From the NCBI GenBank assembly GCA_944323485.1, contig CALUSR010000002.1, positions 68,048-132,047 on the forward strand: DNA of 64,000 nucleotides, written 5' to 3'. Positions 1 through 8,979 of the stretch are shown here, piece after piece; position 1 is the first letter of the stretch; each line of letters opens with the position of its first letter. Below the pieces are notes generated by a model. The model saw only the letters and a list, made by a program, of their open reading frames with translations. It was not told the origin of the DNA and ran no database searches. Made by a program: the position numbers and the translations under genes. Origin of the DNA: Candidatus Gastranaerophilales bacterium. Its GTDB lineage: Bacteria > Cyanobacteriota > Vampirovibrionia > Gastranaerophilales > CAJFVJ01.

Positions 1-918
1 AACGTCGCATCATCAAAAGCAGGCATAAATATGAACGCCGTTCTTCTTATGGGTAAAATTATTAAACAAACGGCAAATCTCACTGCAAAAAAAGACGGTA
101 TAGGCGCGGCAAAACTGGTTGTTTTCTGCAACACCCCTGGAGATAACCCGTTTATGGCAGGAGCTTTCCACGGATACAGCGAGCCTGAGTGTGCGCTGAA
201 CATCGGTGTAAGCGGTCCGGGTGTTGTCTTAGCCGCAATCAAATCTCTTCCCAAAGATGCTGACCTCGGCGTTGTGGCAAACAAAATCAAAACTATAGCA
301 TTCAAAATTACAACAACAGGAGAACTCATCGGAAGAGAGCTGGCAAACCGTCTTGGCATCCCGTTTGGTGTAATTGATTTATCGCTCGCACCGACCCCTG
401 CTATAGGAGACAGCGTGGCTGGCATACTTGAAGCGATGGGGCTTGAGAGAACAGGCACCCATGGAACGACTGCCGCTCTTGCAATGCTAAATGATGCGGT
501 AAAAAAAGGCGGCATTATGGCAAGTTCTTATGTCGGCGGATTATCAGGCGCTTTCATTCCTGTCAGTGAAGATGCGGGTATGATTGAAGCAGCTCAGTGC
601 GGCGCTCTTACTTTTGATAAACTCGAAGCAATGACCTGCGTCTGCTCTGTCGGTCTTGATATGATAGCAATCCCGGGCAACACTCCAGAGTCAACCATCT
701 CTGCTATGATAGCTGATGAGATGGCTATCGGAATGATAAACAAAAAAACTACGGCTGTCAGAGTTATACCGGTCCCGGGAAAAGGTGTTGGAGATAGAGC
801 TTATTATGGCGGACTGCTCGGCGAAGCGCCGATTCTTGATGTTCACAAATTTGACTCTTCTGTTTTTGTCAACAGAGGCGGAAGAATTCCTGCGCCTATA
901 CATAGCTTGAATAACTAG
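1..918 (+). CDS. UPF0210 (DUF711) family protein, C-terminal part; 5' end lies upstream of the window
   Basis: Frame 1 is open from nt 1 to TAG at 916-918. Blocks [72 protein letters not shown] and [11 protein letters not shown] match UPF0210 proteins as I remember them. Confidence 0.85.
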   Translation, partial: NVASSKAGINMNAVLLMGKIIKQTANLTAKKDGIGAAKLVVFCNTPGDNPFMAGAFHGYSEPECALNIGVSGPGVVLAAIKSLPKDADLGVVANKIKTIAFKITTTGELIGRELANRLGIPFGVIDLSLAPTPAIGDSVAGILEAMGLERTGTHGTTAALAMLNDAVKKGGIMASSYVGGLSGAFIPVSEDAGMIEAAQCGALTFDKLEAMTCVCSVGLDMIAIPGNTPESTISAMIADEMAIGMINKKTTAVRVIPVPGKGVGDRAYYGGLLGEAPILDVHKFDSSVFVNRGGRIPAPIHSLNN

Positions 919-1000
919 GAGTAATATTTCTTTACTTATATATCAATTTCTATTTTTTAGCTGACTTTTAATATCCAAGAAAAAATAGGAGATTTTAATT

Positions 1001-1381
1001 ATGCAGATAAACGCTGTTTCAAATAGTTTTTTTAACACAAAAATAAAACATACCAGCTTCGGAGATAAAGAATATAAACATATAACCTCAAAACCAACAG
1101 ATAAATCTCCTGAAGACTTAAACAAACTTGAGATATATTCACCTGGAGAAACATCTAGAGATATTGATATGTCAAAAATATTCGAAGCTAACATACTCGG
1201 AAGATCAAAAAATCTTTCAAAAGAAGCCATCAGACAAATCGAAGCTAAAGCAACAAGAGATGAAATGGGTGAAAATCCATCCGATGCTGTTCTGCTAACT
1301 TATCTCATAAACGGCGGCGACCCTGCTGTTTTGACAAAAGATGAAGCCAAACGCCTTGAGCCTTATCTGTTCTTAGACTAA
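1001..1381 (+). CDS. hypothetical small soluble protein carrying the MQ..SFG leader
   Basis: 126-aa ORF with SD AGGAG about 9 nt upstream of the ATG. No TM segment and no recognisable domain. N-terminus is MQINAVSNSFFNTKIKHTSFGD. Confidence 0.55.
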   Translation: MQINAVSNSFFNTKIKHTSFGDKEYKHITSKPTDKSPEDLNKLEIYSPGETSRDIDMSKIFEANILGRSKNLSKEAIRQIEAKATRDEMGENPSDAVLLTYLINGGDPAVLTKDEAKRLEPYLFLD

Positions 1382-1383
1382 AG

Positions 1384-2466
1384 TTAATCCTGCTTCACTT
1401 CAGTTTTCTCTTCGATTTTCTCAATTTCCGCCTCATTTCTTTTGTTTTCAATAACAGAAGTAATGAACGCAGCTCCGACAATAACAAGCCCCACCATGCC
1501 TGTGACAACCTCAGGAACTTCTTTTATTGTGCTAAAGAGCATAATAAACGCAAGAAAACCGATTGCATAATGTGCGCCATGCTCTAAATAAGCATAGTGT
1601 TTAAGAGTATTTTTCTCAACCATAAAAATAGTCAAAGACCTGACAAACATCGCTCCGATAGCAAGCCCGATAGTGATGATTATGATATCTTTGCTTATCG
1701 CAAAAGCACCAAGAACACCATCAAGAGAAAAAGAAGCATCAATCAGCTCGAGATATAAAAAACTTACAAATCCTGTTTTGGCAGCACCTTCAACAAGAGA
1801 ACGTTTTTTTGATTCTTCTTCAAAACGCTCCAGCATATGGCTGATACCATCTATTATCAAAAACAAAACAACACCGAGAATCCCTGCAACAAGGACACCT
1901 ACCTTATGTTCAGGAGCATTGTAGTGAGCAAAGATAACAAGACATATCAAAGTCAACATAGCTTCTATTGACTTAATCTTATCAAAGTGAACGAAAAAGT
2001 TCTCAACAGGTGCAATCCAGTGAACTTCTTTTTTTTCATTTATAAAATAAGTCAAAAACAGCATCATCAAAAAAGTTCCGCCGAATGAAACAAGCGGTGC
2101 ATGCGCAACATGAAGATAATGTGTATACTGAGTAACATCATATACAGCCATCTTCACGACTTCTACAATATTATGATGCGAGAAAATTGCTACAACAAGA
2201 ACGGGGAATAAAAATCTCATCCCGAAAACAGCTATCGCAATACCCCATGTAAGAAACCTATGCCGCCACTCATGCGACATATGCTCAAGTTTCATCGCAT
2301 TAACAACAGCATTATCAAAAGAGAGAGTAACCTCTAATATACTTAAAAACAGAACAATAAATAAAGCCAGAAATCCGCTTCCGGGATGCATATGCTCTGC
2401 CCATATATAAGCACATATAAAACCAACTACGGTAACAAATATAGATTCTTTAAAATAAGCTAACAA
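1384..2466 (-). CDS. TerC/DUF475-like integral membrane protein
   Basis: Multi-TM ORF (track 1384..2502, TTG start). The block EVTLSFDNAVVNA resembles the TerC-clan SxDN motif. I prefer the TTG at 2466 because a perfect GGAGGA (2473-2478 on the minus strand) lies 6 nt upstream. Alternative start is 2502. Confidence 0.65.
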   Translation of the reverse strand: MLAYFKESIFVTVVGFICAYIWAEHMHPGSGFLALFIVLFLSILEVTLSFDNAVVNAMKLEHMSHEWRHRFLTWGIAIAVFGMRFLFPVLVVAIFSHHNIVEVVKMAVYDVTQYTHYLHVAHAPLVSFGGTFLMMLFLTYFINEKKEVHWIAPVENFFVHFDKIKSIEAMLTLICLVIFAHYNAPEHKVGVLVAGILGVVLFLIIDGISHMLERFEEESKKRSLVEGAAKTGFVSFLYLELIDASFSLDGVLGAFAISKDIIIITIGLAIGAMFVRSLTIFMVEKNTLKHYAYLEHGAHYAIGFLAFIMLFSTIKEVPEVVTGMVGLVIVGAAFITSVIENKRNEAEIEKIEEKTEVKQD

Positions 2467-2553
2467 TTTTTTTCCTCCAGTTGTTTTAAAATTATCATAC
2501 AATAAACTTTTTCGAAAAAATATTTTATTATATATTAATCAGGTAAACGGATT

Positions 2554-3351
2554 ATGGATAGTGAAATGATTCACAACAGCCAACAAGTATTCAACGACTT
2601 TACAAGATTTCGTATGAACAAAACAAGACCTGCCGCCTCAGGTCAAATGACTGTAGATTCTCACTATCAACATGATAAAAAAAATGATGAGTTTGTAAAA
2701 AAAAATAAAAAAGAAAAATTCAACCTTCCCGTTCTCATTGGAAGCCTTATCGGAACAATGCTGCCTATTGCTGTCATGATTAAGAAACAGGGGCTCAAAC
2801 TCCCATCAGACATAAAAACAAAACCATTCCTTGAGAAAGCAAAAGATTTATACAAAACTTTCAACAAAATAGAATTCGAAGAAAAAGAATTAATCTCAAT
2901 GAGCCTTGGCGGTCTGCTCGGCGGAGCGCTCGCAGGAGCCGCTACGGATAAAGAAAAAAATCCGCAAAATAGAAAAAACAGAATAAAAGAATTTATCTTC
3001 CAGGCTCTGAATGTTTCAATACCGACAATCCTAACAGGTGCACTTGTCAGACAGGTCAGCAAACGAGCAACAAAATATAAAATTCCTCTTCAAATAGCAG
3101 CACCTATAATCGGGGTCGGTGCCGGCATGCCTGCGGCTGCAGCAATTTCAAATAAAATAAATAAAACTTTTGTTGACCCTGAAGATAAAGGGAAAAAAAT
3201 TCATCCTAAAAACTACTTAGTTCATGCTGACGATGCAGTAAGCGCACTGGTCCTTGCAAAAGTACCGCTTGTTGATAAACTTCCGATAAAAGCAATTCTT
3301 CCGGTAATATTTACGAACTGCGGATACGAAACAGGTACTGCAAAAGACTAG
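2554..3351 (+). CDS. hypothetical membrane protein (helix - K/N/D loop - helix hairpins)
   Basis: 265-aa ORF with a polar N-terminus followed by hydrophobic helix pairs, e.g. LLGGALAGAATDKEKNPQNRKNRIKEFIFQALNVSIPTILTGALV. No recognisable domain and only a weak SD. Confidence 0.5.
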   Translation: MDSEMIHNSQQVFNDFTRFRMNKTRPAASGQMTVDSHYQHDKKNDEFVKKNKKEKFNLPVLIGSLIGTMLPIAVMIKKQGLKLPSDIKTKPFLEKAKDLYKTFNKIEFEEKELISMSLGGLLGGALAGAATDKEKNPQNRKNRIKEFIFQALNVSIPTILTGALVRQVSKRATKYKIPLQIAAPIIGVGAGMPAAAAISNKINKTFVDPEDKGKKIHPKNYLVHADDAVSALVLAKVPLVDKLPIKAILPVIFTNCGYETGTAKD

Positions 3352-3354
3352 ATT

Positions 3355-4224
3355 CTACCTTATTTTTTGAAGATACAAACTTCCTCCGATATTCCTATTT
3401 ATCAGAGGGAATATATCCTGTATCAAATTTTTTTGATGCAACATCACCGGCCACAGAACTATTTTCCAGGAATCATTGTATGCCAAAAACTGTTTCAAAA
3501 AGAATACCTCATTCCAGAACCTTCCCTCTCTCACCCAGCAATCAGGATAAACAAAAGGATAGACAACGTCATGAAAATGCACATACACACCTTTTTTCAA
3601 ATTAGGTAATATTCTATCAAAAATAAACATCACATCGCTGTTAAGCTTCACAACATGCGAAGAATCAATGAACAACAAATCTCCACACTCTAAAGCCCCG
3701 CAAATCAAATCAGGACTTAAATCCTGCAAATTCGATTTGATAAGATTAATTTCTCTCGCATCAACAAGCTTTAGAAGTCTTCTCTCGGGCTCAGGTTCAA
3801 TAAAAGTAAAATCAACATCCCTGAGTTCGGCAAACATATCGCATGTATCAAGCATCATAGCTGATGAAAAACCGCATCCGACTTCTACAATTCTTTTGGG
3901 ATGAGTCTTTCTCAAAAACATATTCAAAATAATCCCATCGCCGTAAGAAAAAAACTTATTCTCATAATAATATCTTGTATTGCCGTTTTGCCCAAGCCCG
4001 CTTTCTGTTTCTGCAAACATCCCTGGATTATAAAACTTTTTCATCTCATTGCATAGAGCAAGCTGTTCATCAATATTCAAACGTATCGAAGAATCAACAT
4101 CAACAGGTTTATTGGCACAATATTTTTCTTCATCCTCTTTTGATGGAAGAGGCGAATAAAAATGCCCGTGAGGAACATATCTCTGAAAATAATCATCCAT
4201 ATTTTCAACACATTTTTTTTGCAT
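3355..4224 (-). CDS. class I SAM-dependent methyltransferase
   Basis: 289 aa. Motif I is IVEVGCGFSS, followed downstream by the acidic FIEPEPE. The HFYSPLP N-terminal block is typical of glycan-cluster methyltransferases. Confidence 0.7.
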   Translation of the reverse strand: MQKKCVENMDDYFQRYVPHGHFYSPLPSKEDEEKYCANKPVDVDSSIRLNIDEQLALCNEMKKFYNPGMFAETESGLGQNGNTRYYYENKFFSYGDGIILNMFLRKTHPKRIVEVGCGFSSAMMLDTCDMFAELRDVDFTFIEPEPERRLLKLVDAREINLIKSNLQDLSPDLICGALECGDLLFIDSSHVVKLNSDVMFIFDRILPNLKKGVYVHFHDVVYPFVYPDCWVREGRFWNEVFFLKQFLAYNDSWKIVLWPVMLHQKNLIQDIFPLINRNIGGSLYLQKIR

Positions 4225-4317
4225 AAATATTTTTTACCGAATTTTATAATGACAATATTCTAATCAATTTTTATTTATCTATCAACAAAATTTAGCATAT
4301 TGTATATAATATAAAAC

Positions 4318-5307
4318 ATGAACAACAACTTTCCTAAAAAAATACTCATAATAAGACAGGGTGCAATAGGCGATGTAGTTCACACAACCGAAACTTATCG
4401 CAGCATAAAAAGACTTATGCCTGACTCTGAAATACACTATCTCACAACAAAGACACCTGCAGAGCTGCTCTATGGCGACCCTGATTTGACAAAACTTATC
4501 ATATCGCAGGACAGGAGTTATAAAGGATTGTTTAAACTCGCTAAAGAACTGAAGCAAGAACAATACGACCTCATAATCAACCTCCAGCCTTCTATCAGGT
4601 TCAAAATTTTCTCATTTCTTTGCTTTTCAAAACAAACCGTTACTTACAAAAAAAACTTCAAATATCATGCCGTTGAGAACTTTTTTTTAACAGCGAAAAA
4701 AGCGATTAAAAATCTTGAGTTAAAGAAAGAACTCTGTCTTTATATCGATGAAGAAAGCATTTCAAAAACAAAAAAAATGCTTCCTCCCCAACATCCGATT
4801 GTGGTTCTGAATACCCAAAGCGGACCGGTAAGACACGGCAGAAAATGGAAGATGGAATATTTTCGAGAACTGGCAGACTCATTGATAAAAGAGTATAATG
4901 CGCAAATTATTATCATCGGTTCAAAAGAAGATGCAAAAAAACTTGATATCTTCAAAAACTGTAACCCCAATATTCACATCGTCGCAGGCAGATTAAATTT
5001 GAGAGAAACAGCTGCACTTCTGGCACAGTGTGATTTTATGATTTCCGGTGATACCGGACCTCTGCATATAGCAACGGCAACAGGACACCCTGTGTGCATA
5101 GGGTTATTCGGGGCAATGCCAATCAAACGAACAGGGCCCTGGGGAGAAAAGCACTTTGCTATCACATCTAATCTCAAGTGCATCCCTTGCAACAGAAGGA
5201 AATGCAAATTTGAAAAAAGCGAGTTCAATCCCTGCATGAACAATCTGCAGCCCGAAGATGTTATGACGTTCATAAGAGAAAAGAACTTAATAACAAAAAG
5301 CTATTGA
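4318..5307 (+). CDS. glycosyltransferase family 9 (LPS heptosyltransferase-like)
   Basis: 329 aa. The N-terminal KILIIRQGAIGDVVHTT and C-terminal ISGDTGPLHIATATG blocks are GT9 hallmarks. Confidence 0.8.
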   Translation: MNNNFPKKILIIRQGAIGDVVHTTETYRSIKRLMPDSEIHYLTTKTPAELLYGDPDLTKLIISQDRSYKGLFKLAKELKQEQYDLIINLQPSIRFKIFSFLCFSKQTVTYKKNFKYHAVENFFLTAKKAIKNLELKKELCLYIDEESISKTKKMLPPQHPIVVLNTQSGPVRHGRKWKMEYFRELADSLIKEYNAQIIIIGSKEDAKKLDIFKNCNPNIHIVAGRLNLRETAALLAQCDFMISGDTGPLHIATATGHPVCIGLFGAMPIKRTGPWGEKHFAITSNLKCIPCNRRKCKFEKSEFNPCMNNLQPEDVMTFIREKNLITKSY

Positions 5308-5343
5308 TAAAACATCTTGACTATGTATAATTATAATTGACCT

Positions 5344-5417
5344 GCGCCCGTAGCTCAGCTGGATAGAGTGTTTGGCTACGAACCAAAAGGTCGGGGGTTC
5401 GAATCCCTCCGGGCGCG
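5344..5417 (+). tRNA. tRNA-Arg (anticodon ACG)
   Basis: Cloverleaf read by eye. Acceptor stem GCGCCCG/CGGGCGC, D-arm TAGCTCAGCTGGATAGAG, anticodon stem TTTGG/CCAAA with loop CTACGAA, and T-arm GGGGG-TTCGAAT-CCCTC. Very similar to E. coli tRNA-Arg(ACG). CCA is not encoded. Confidence 0.9.
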
Positions 5418-5450
5418 AATTTTTGCTAAAGTTTAGAAAAAAGTTTTCCT

Positions 5451-6290
5451 ATGAATTCAAAAATCTTTTCATATAAAATCTCCGACAACCACAAAGTTTT
5501 TACGCTCTTTGGTATAAAAATCAAAATGAAACTTCCTTATCTGAACAGATTTGAGGTACACATCACCGACCATTGTAACCTCAACTGTAAAGGGTGTTCC
5601 CACTTCTGTCCGGTAGCTGATGAGAAATATGTCGATGTAGAGCAATTCAGAAAAGATTTTCAGTGTCTATCTCAAAAAATTGACGTCGGAACAATCAGAC
5701 TCTTGGGAGGAGAACCACTTTTGCATAAGGATTTACCAGAACTCATGCAAATAGCAAGAGAATCATTTCCCCACTCAGCAATAAATATCTGCACAAACGG
5801 CATTCTTTTGCCGACTATGGACGATGAGTTCTGGAACACAGCAAAAAGATATGACATAAAAATCGATATGTCAAAGTATCCGCCGCTTGCTGATAAATTT
5901 GACTCTTATATAAACCTCATAAAAGAAAAATCAAATCAACTCGGAGATATAAATGATATTGAAGATTTTGCGTATGTTCTTAATAAAAAAGGTGACTCTG
6001 ATTACAAAAGAACTTTCGATAAGTGTAAAAATAAATATAAAGCACACGCAAATCTGAATAACGGTATGTTTTATATATGCGGAAGATGTTATCTTACTTA
6101 TTTCAACAAGTATTTCAATACAAATCTTCCTATAGATAATGGCATAAATATTTATGAACACTCCGGTAAAGAAATCGTCAAATTTTTGAATACACCTCAG
6201 AAACTCTGCAGCTTCTGCTTTGAAGACAGACCGACATTCAAATGGGGAATATCAAAAAAAGAAAAAGCAGAATGGCTGAAAGCAGACTAG
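5451..6290 (+). CDS. radical SAM enzyme (C-terminal Cys-rich, SPASM/twitch-like)
   Basis: 279 aa. Cluster motif is CNLNCKGC (CX3CX2C), with LLGGEPLL as the SAM/GGE block. C-terminal cysteines are ICGRC...LCSFC. The N-terminus carries the IFSYKISDNHKVFTLFGIKIKMK tag. Confidence 0.8.
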   Translation: MNSKIFSYKISDNHKVFTLFGIKIKMKLPYLNRFEVHITDHCNLNCKGCSHFCPVADEKYVDVEQFRKDFQCLSQKIDVGTIRLLGGEPLLHKDLPELMQIARESFPHSAINICTNGILLPTMDDEFWNTAKRYDIKIDMSKYPPLADKFDSYINLIKEKSNQLGDINDIEDFAYVLNKKGDSDYKRTFDKCKNKYKAHANLNNGMFYICGRCYLTYFNKYFNTNLPIDNGINIYEHSGKEIVKFLNTPQKLCSFCFEDRPTFKWGISKKEKAEWLKAD

Positions 6291-7069
6291 TCCGGAGCAT
6301 TTATTTCTTTTGCATATTTTTCATTTGCCGATGAGAGTATTTTCTTTTTCTTCTTATAATCTTCTTTGCTAAAATCAGACAGACCCAGTTTGTTCTTATC
6401 TTCCTGCGTCATATTTTTGAAAATACTATTTGTCCTGTTAAATATCCCCTGTTGTTTAAATCCATCAGAAGAAATATGACCGTACATTTTTGGTGGCACT
6501 GATGATGACTTCGGATTAAAAAGATAATTCATGGCAACAGCAATATCAGTACGATGCAAGCCTTGAGCACAGGCGATATAGAACTTTCCTTTATTCATAA
6601 CATCAAATAATTCAGGAAGTTTTTCAATTATGTCTTTTGAATTCATACTTTCTGAATCAATAGGAATATGATAATATTTGAGTCCGTTTTTTTTGCAAAT
6701 ATCCTCATATACAGAGGAAGCATCTCCGCCACGTAAATCTATTACATTCTTAATTCCGGCTTTTTTCAGTACGGGAATAAACTTTCGTCCCTGTCTGCCT
6801 GATAGTGTACTTCCTCTGACTCCGTCATCATTCAGAGGATGCAGATTTGGAATACCTGACTTTTCTAACAAATCATAGTTGAATGAATATGACTCTTTGC
6901 CAAGATTTCTCAGCCGGTATAAAAGATATGAAGAAAGAAACACTTCTGAAAAAGGTATTTTTTTGGGTGTTTTTATCTCTTTATCATGCAAATTTGTTGT
7001 TCGTTCTCGGATGGTTGAAGAAAATACCGTATGGTTATTATTTGTATGCGGTCGAAATACTATATTCAT
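6287..7069 (-). CDS. CX5R phosphatase-like protein (atypical dual-specificity/tyrosine phosphatase fold)
   Basis: 260 aa. P-loop is FYIACAQGLHRTD (C-x5-R-T). About 100 aa of unknown N-terminal region. Paralogue of 7145..8095. Confidence 0.6.
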   Translation of the reverse strand: MNIVFRPHTNNNHTVFSSTIRERTTNLHDKEIKTPKKIPFSEVFLSSYLLYRLRNLGKESYSFNYDLLEKSGIPNLHPLNDDGVRGSTLSGRQGRKFIPVLKKAGIKNVIDLRGGDASSVYEDICKKNGLKYYHIPIDSESMNSKDIIEKLPELFDVMNKGKFYIACAQGLHRTDIAVAMNYLFNPKSSSVPPKMYGHISSDGFKQQGIFNRTNSIFKNMTQEDKNKLGLSDFSKEDYKKKKKILSSANEKYAKEINAPD

Positions 7070-7144
7070 ATAATCAAAATTTTATCTGTTTTTCTATCTA
7101 AATCTGAAAATATAAAAACAAAACATCAAAAAAATTGACAAATA

Positions 7145-8095
7145 TTACAAAATTTTATTAACCAGACTTAAAGTAGCTTTTCTTTTGGGTATCTCATCCA
7201 ACATCTGCTTAAGATTATCCCATCCGAGTTTTGTTGCAAACTCTTCACTCAGACGGGGAATACCCATTTTCTTATCTGTATAACATATATCGTTAACTGC
7301 CGAAAATATCTTATTTGCAATAGCCGTTGTTTTGTTTTTTGAAGTTCCTGCTTCTAACTTCGGAACGGATAAAGGATGTGGATTGAAAAAATAATTTAAG
7401 GCAAGCGCCGTATCAGTCCTGTGCATACCGGTTGCACATCCGATATAAAAATCACCTTTTTTAAGCGTTTCAACAAACTCAGGTATCAGGTCTATATTTT
7501 CTTGAGTCCATTTCTCATCATAAGCAATCGGAAACTTCATATATTCAAGCCCGCTCTTGGCACAAATTTCTCCGTTTTTAAGAGAATCTCCGTCACTTTT
7601 GAGGTCAATAACTCTCTTGATGCCATAATCCTTCAATTTTGCTATTACTTTGCGGCCTTTTCTCGAAAACGGACTGCTGCCTCTTATGCCTGTTTCATCT
7701 GTCGTTATGGCAAAGTTCTCGATGTTCAATTCTTTTGCAGGTAAAAACTTTGATGATTTTGTATCATCAACTTTAATAACAGACGTCGTCAGCTCCTTTA
7801 TTGTTTCATCATCATAAACACCAGCCTGATTTAAAATCCTGTTTCTCAGAATATCCAGCGCAGGATCAAGCGCTCCCTTTGCAACAAATCTGTGAGTTTG
7901 ATCTGGATTATATTTTTGTATATTAATAGCAGCCTTTGATGCAGCACTAATCGCATCACTTGCCTCTTTTGAAAATTCCGTTATGCCTCTTTGAGCAGCC
8001 TCAGAAGAAGGGATTGCTCTTGTTGCAGAAGATTTTGCACAAGCTTGCGTCATCTCAGGTATTTTCTGCACATCAGAAACTTTTGAATAATCCAT
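7145..8095 (-). CDS. CX5R phosphatase-like protein, paralogue
   Basis: 316 aa. P-loop is FYIGCATGMHRTD. It shares the blocks IRGS..S.GRK.I..LK..GIK.VIDL, GL.Y...PI and ALNYFFNP with 6287..7069. Confidence 0.6.
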   Translation of the reverse strand: MDYSKVSDVQKIPEMTQACAKSSATRAIPSSEAAQRGITEFSKEASDAISAASKAAINIQKYNPDQTHRFVAKGALDPALDILRNRILNQAGVYDDETIKELTTSVIKVDDTKSSKFLPAKELNIENFAITTDETGIRGSSPFSRKGRKVIAKLKDYGIKRVIDLKSDGDSLKNGEICAKSGLEYMKFPIAYDEKWTQENIDLIPEFVETLKKGDFYIGCATGMHRTDTALALNYFFNPHPLSVPKLEAGTSKNKTTAIANKIFSAVNDICYTDKKMGIPRLSEEFATKLGWDNLKQMLDEIPKRKATLSLVNKIL

Positions 8096-8202
8096 AATAA
8101 ACCCCGTACGAAACTATATATTATAATAAAAACAACCAAAGAATAAAAAATGCCAATAAAAACATGTCATTCTTAAGATAAAAATACTTACTTCGCTTGT
8201 GC

Positions 8203-8979
8203 TCAATATGTTTCAGTTCTTTTTTTTGCTTCTTTATATTTTGCCCTGAAATATTCTTTTTTTTCTCCAAAAGATACAAAAAACATCAATTTATAAAATA
8301 AATATTTAAAAAATTCTTTTATTTTTTTAGAATGAAATAATTTTGTGCATAAATCACAGACCTGTTCATCAAAAGACAACTCCTCACTAAGGATAGTATC
8401 ATCTTTAACAAAGACAGACCCGAGTGTATATATAGTTCCGCCATCAAGCCATTTGCCTGTGCGTGCACCTTTATAATATTTTTTTACAACCTCAATAACC
8501 ATATCATTGTATGTGCAAAATGGATAAGCAAACCATTCAAAGCCGCTTTTATCAAGATTTTTCATATAGTCAGGAGCGGCTATCTCCTCCTCGAGTTTTT
8601 TGTAGTCCGATATTTCCTCAAGGTGAGGATGAGATTTCGTGTGATATTGAAGACGTCCGCCTATTTTCATCAAACTTTTCAAATCGTTCTCGTTCAAGAA
8701 AAACTCATCACCCTGCTGGGCTTTATCATAGAAATCTTTGACTAAAAATAATTCAAAAGGGTAGCCAAAGTGTTTGAGAATAGGAGCGGCGTATGTCAAA
8801 ACCGATTTATACCCGTCATCAAAAGTAATCACAACCTGATTTGCATCTGAGGGATTATAGTCTTCAAGATAGACGACAGTCTTATCTTGAAGACTAAGCA
8901 TATGCTTAGTGAATTTTTCAAGACTGATTGAGATTTCATCGTCAACTTCAGGTTTTACGTGGTGATAAAGGAGAATCAT
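8203..8979 (-). CDS. polysaccharide deacetylase (NodB-type)
   Basis: 258 aa with MILLYHHV and VVITFDDGYKS motifs. ATGA overlap with the upstream gene. C-terminal K-rich tail is FVSFGEKKEYFRAKYK. Confidence 0.75.
   Translation of the reverse strand: MILLYHHVKPEVDDEISISLEKFTKHMLSLQDKTVVYLEDYNPSDANQVVITFDDGYKSVLTYAAPILKHFGYPFELFLVKDFYDKAQQGDEFFLNENDLKSLMKIGGRLQYHTKSHPHLEEISDYKKLEEEIAAPDYMKNLDKSGFEWFAYPFCTYNDMVIEVVKKYYKGARTGKWLDGGTIYTLGSVFVKDDTILSEELSFDEQVCDLCTKLFHSKKIKEFFKYLFYKLMFFVSFGEKKEYFRAKYKEAKKRTETY

Noticed and set aside
2503-2553. Possible yybP-ykoY (Mn2+) riboswitch upstream of the TerC-like gene, since that riboswitch often precedes TerC-family genes.
   Set aside because: Only ~50-90 nt are available before the divergent gene. 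I could not find the conserved GGAGAGUAG or GACAUA-type core elements on the minus strand.
5344-5417. tRNA-Arg as the attachment site of an integrated genomic island that carries the glycan cluster.
   Set aside because: There is no integrase or recombinase. I could see no direct repeat of the tRNA 3' end at the cluster's far boundary (21.6 kb). It is kept only as a low-interest positional note.
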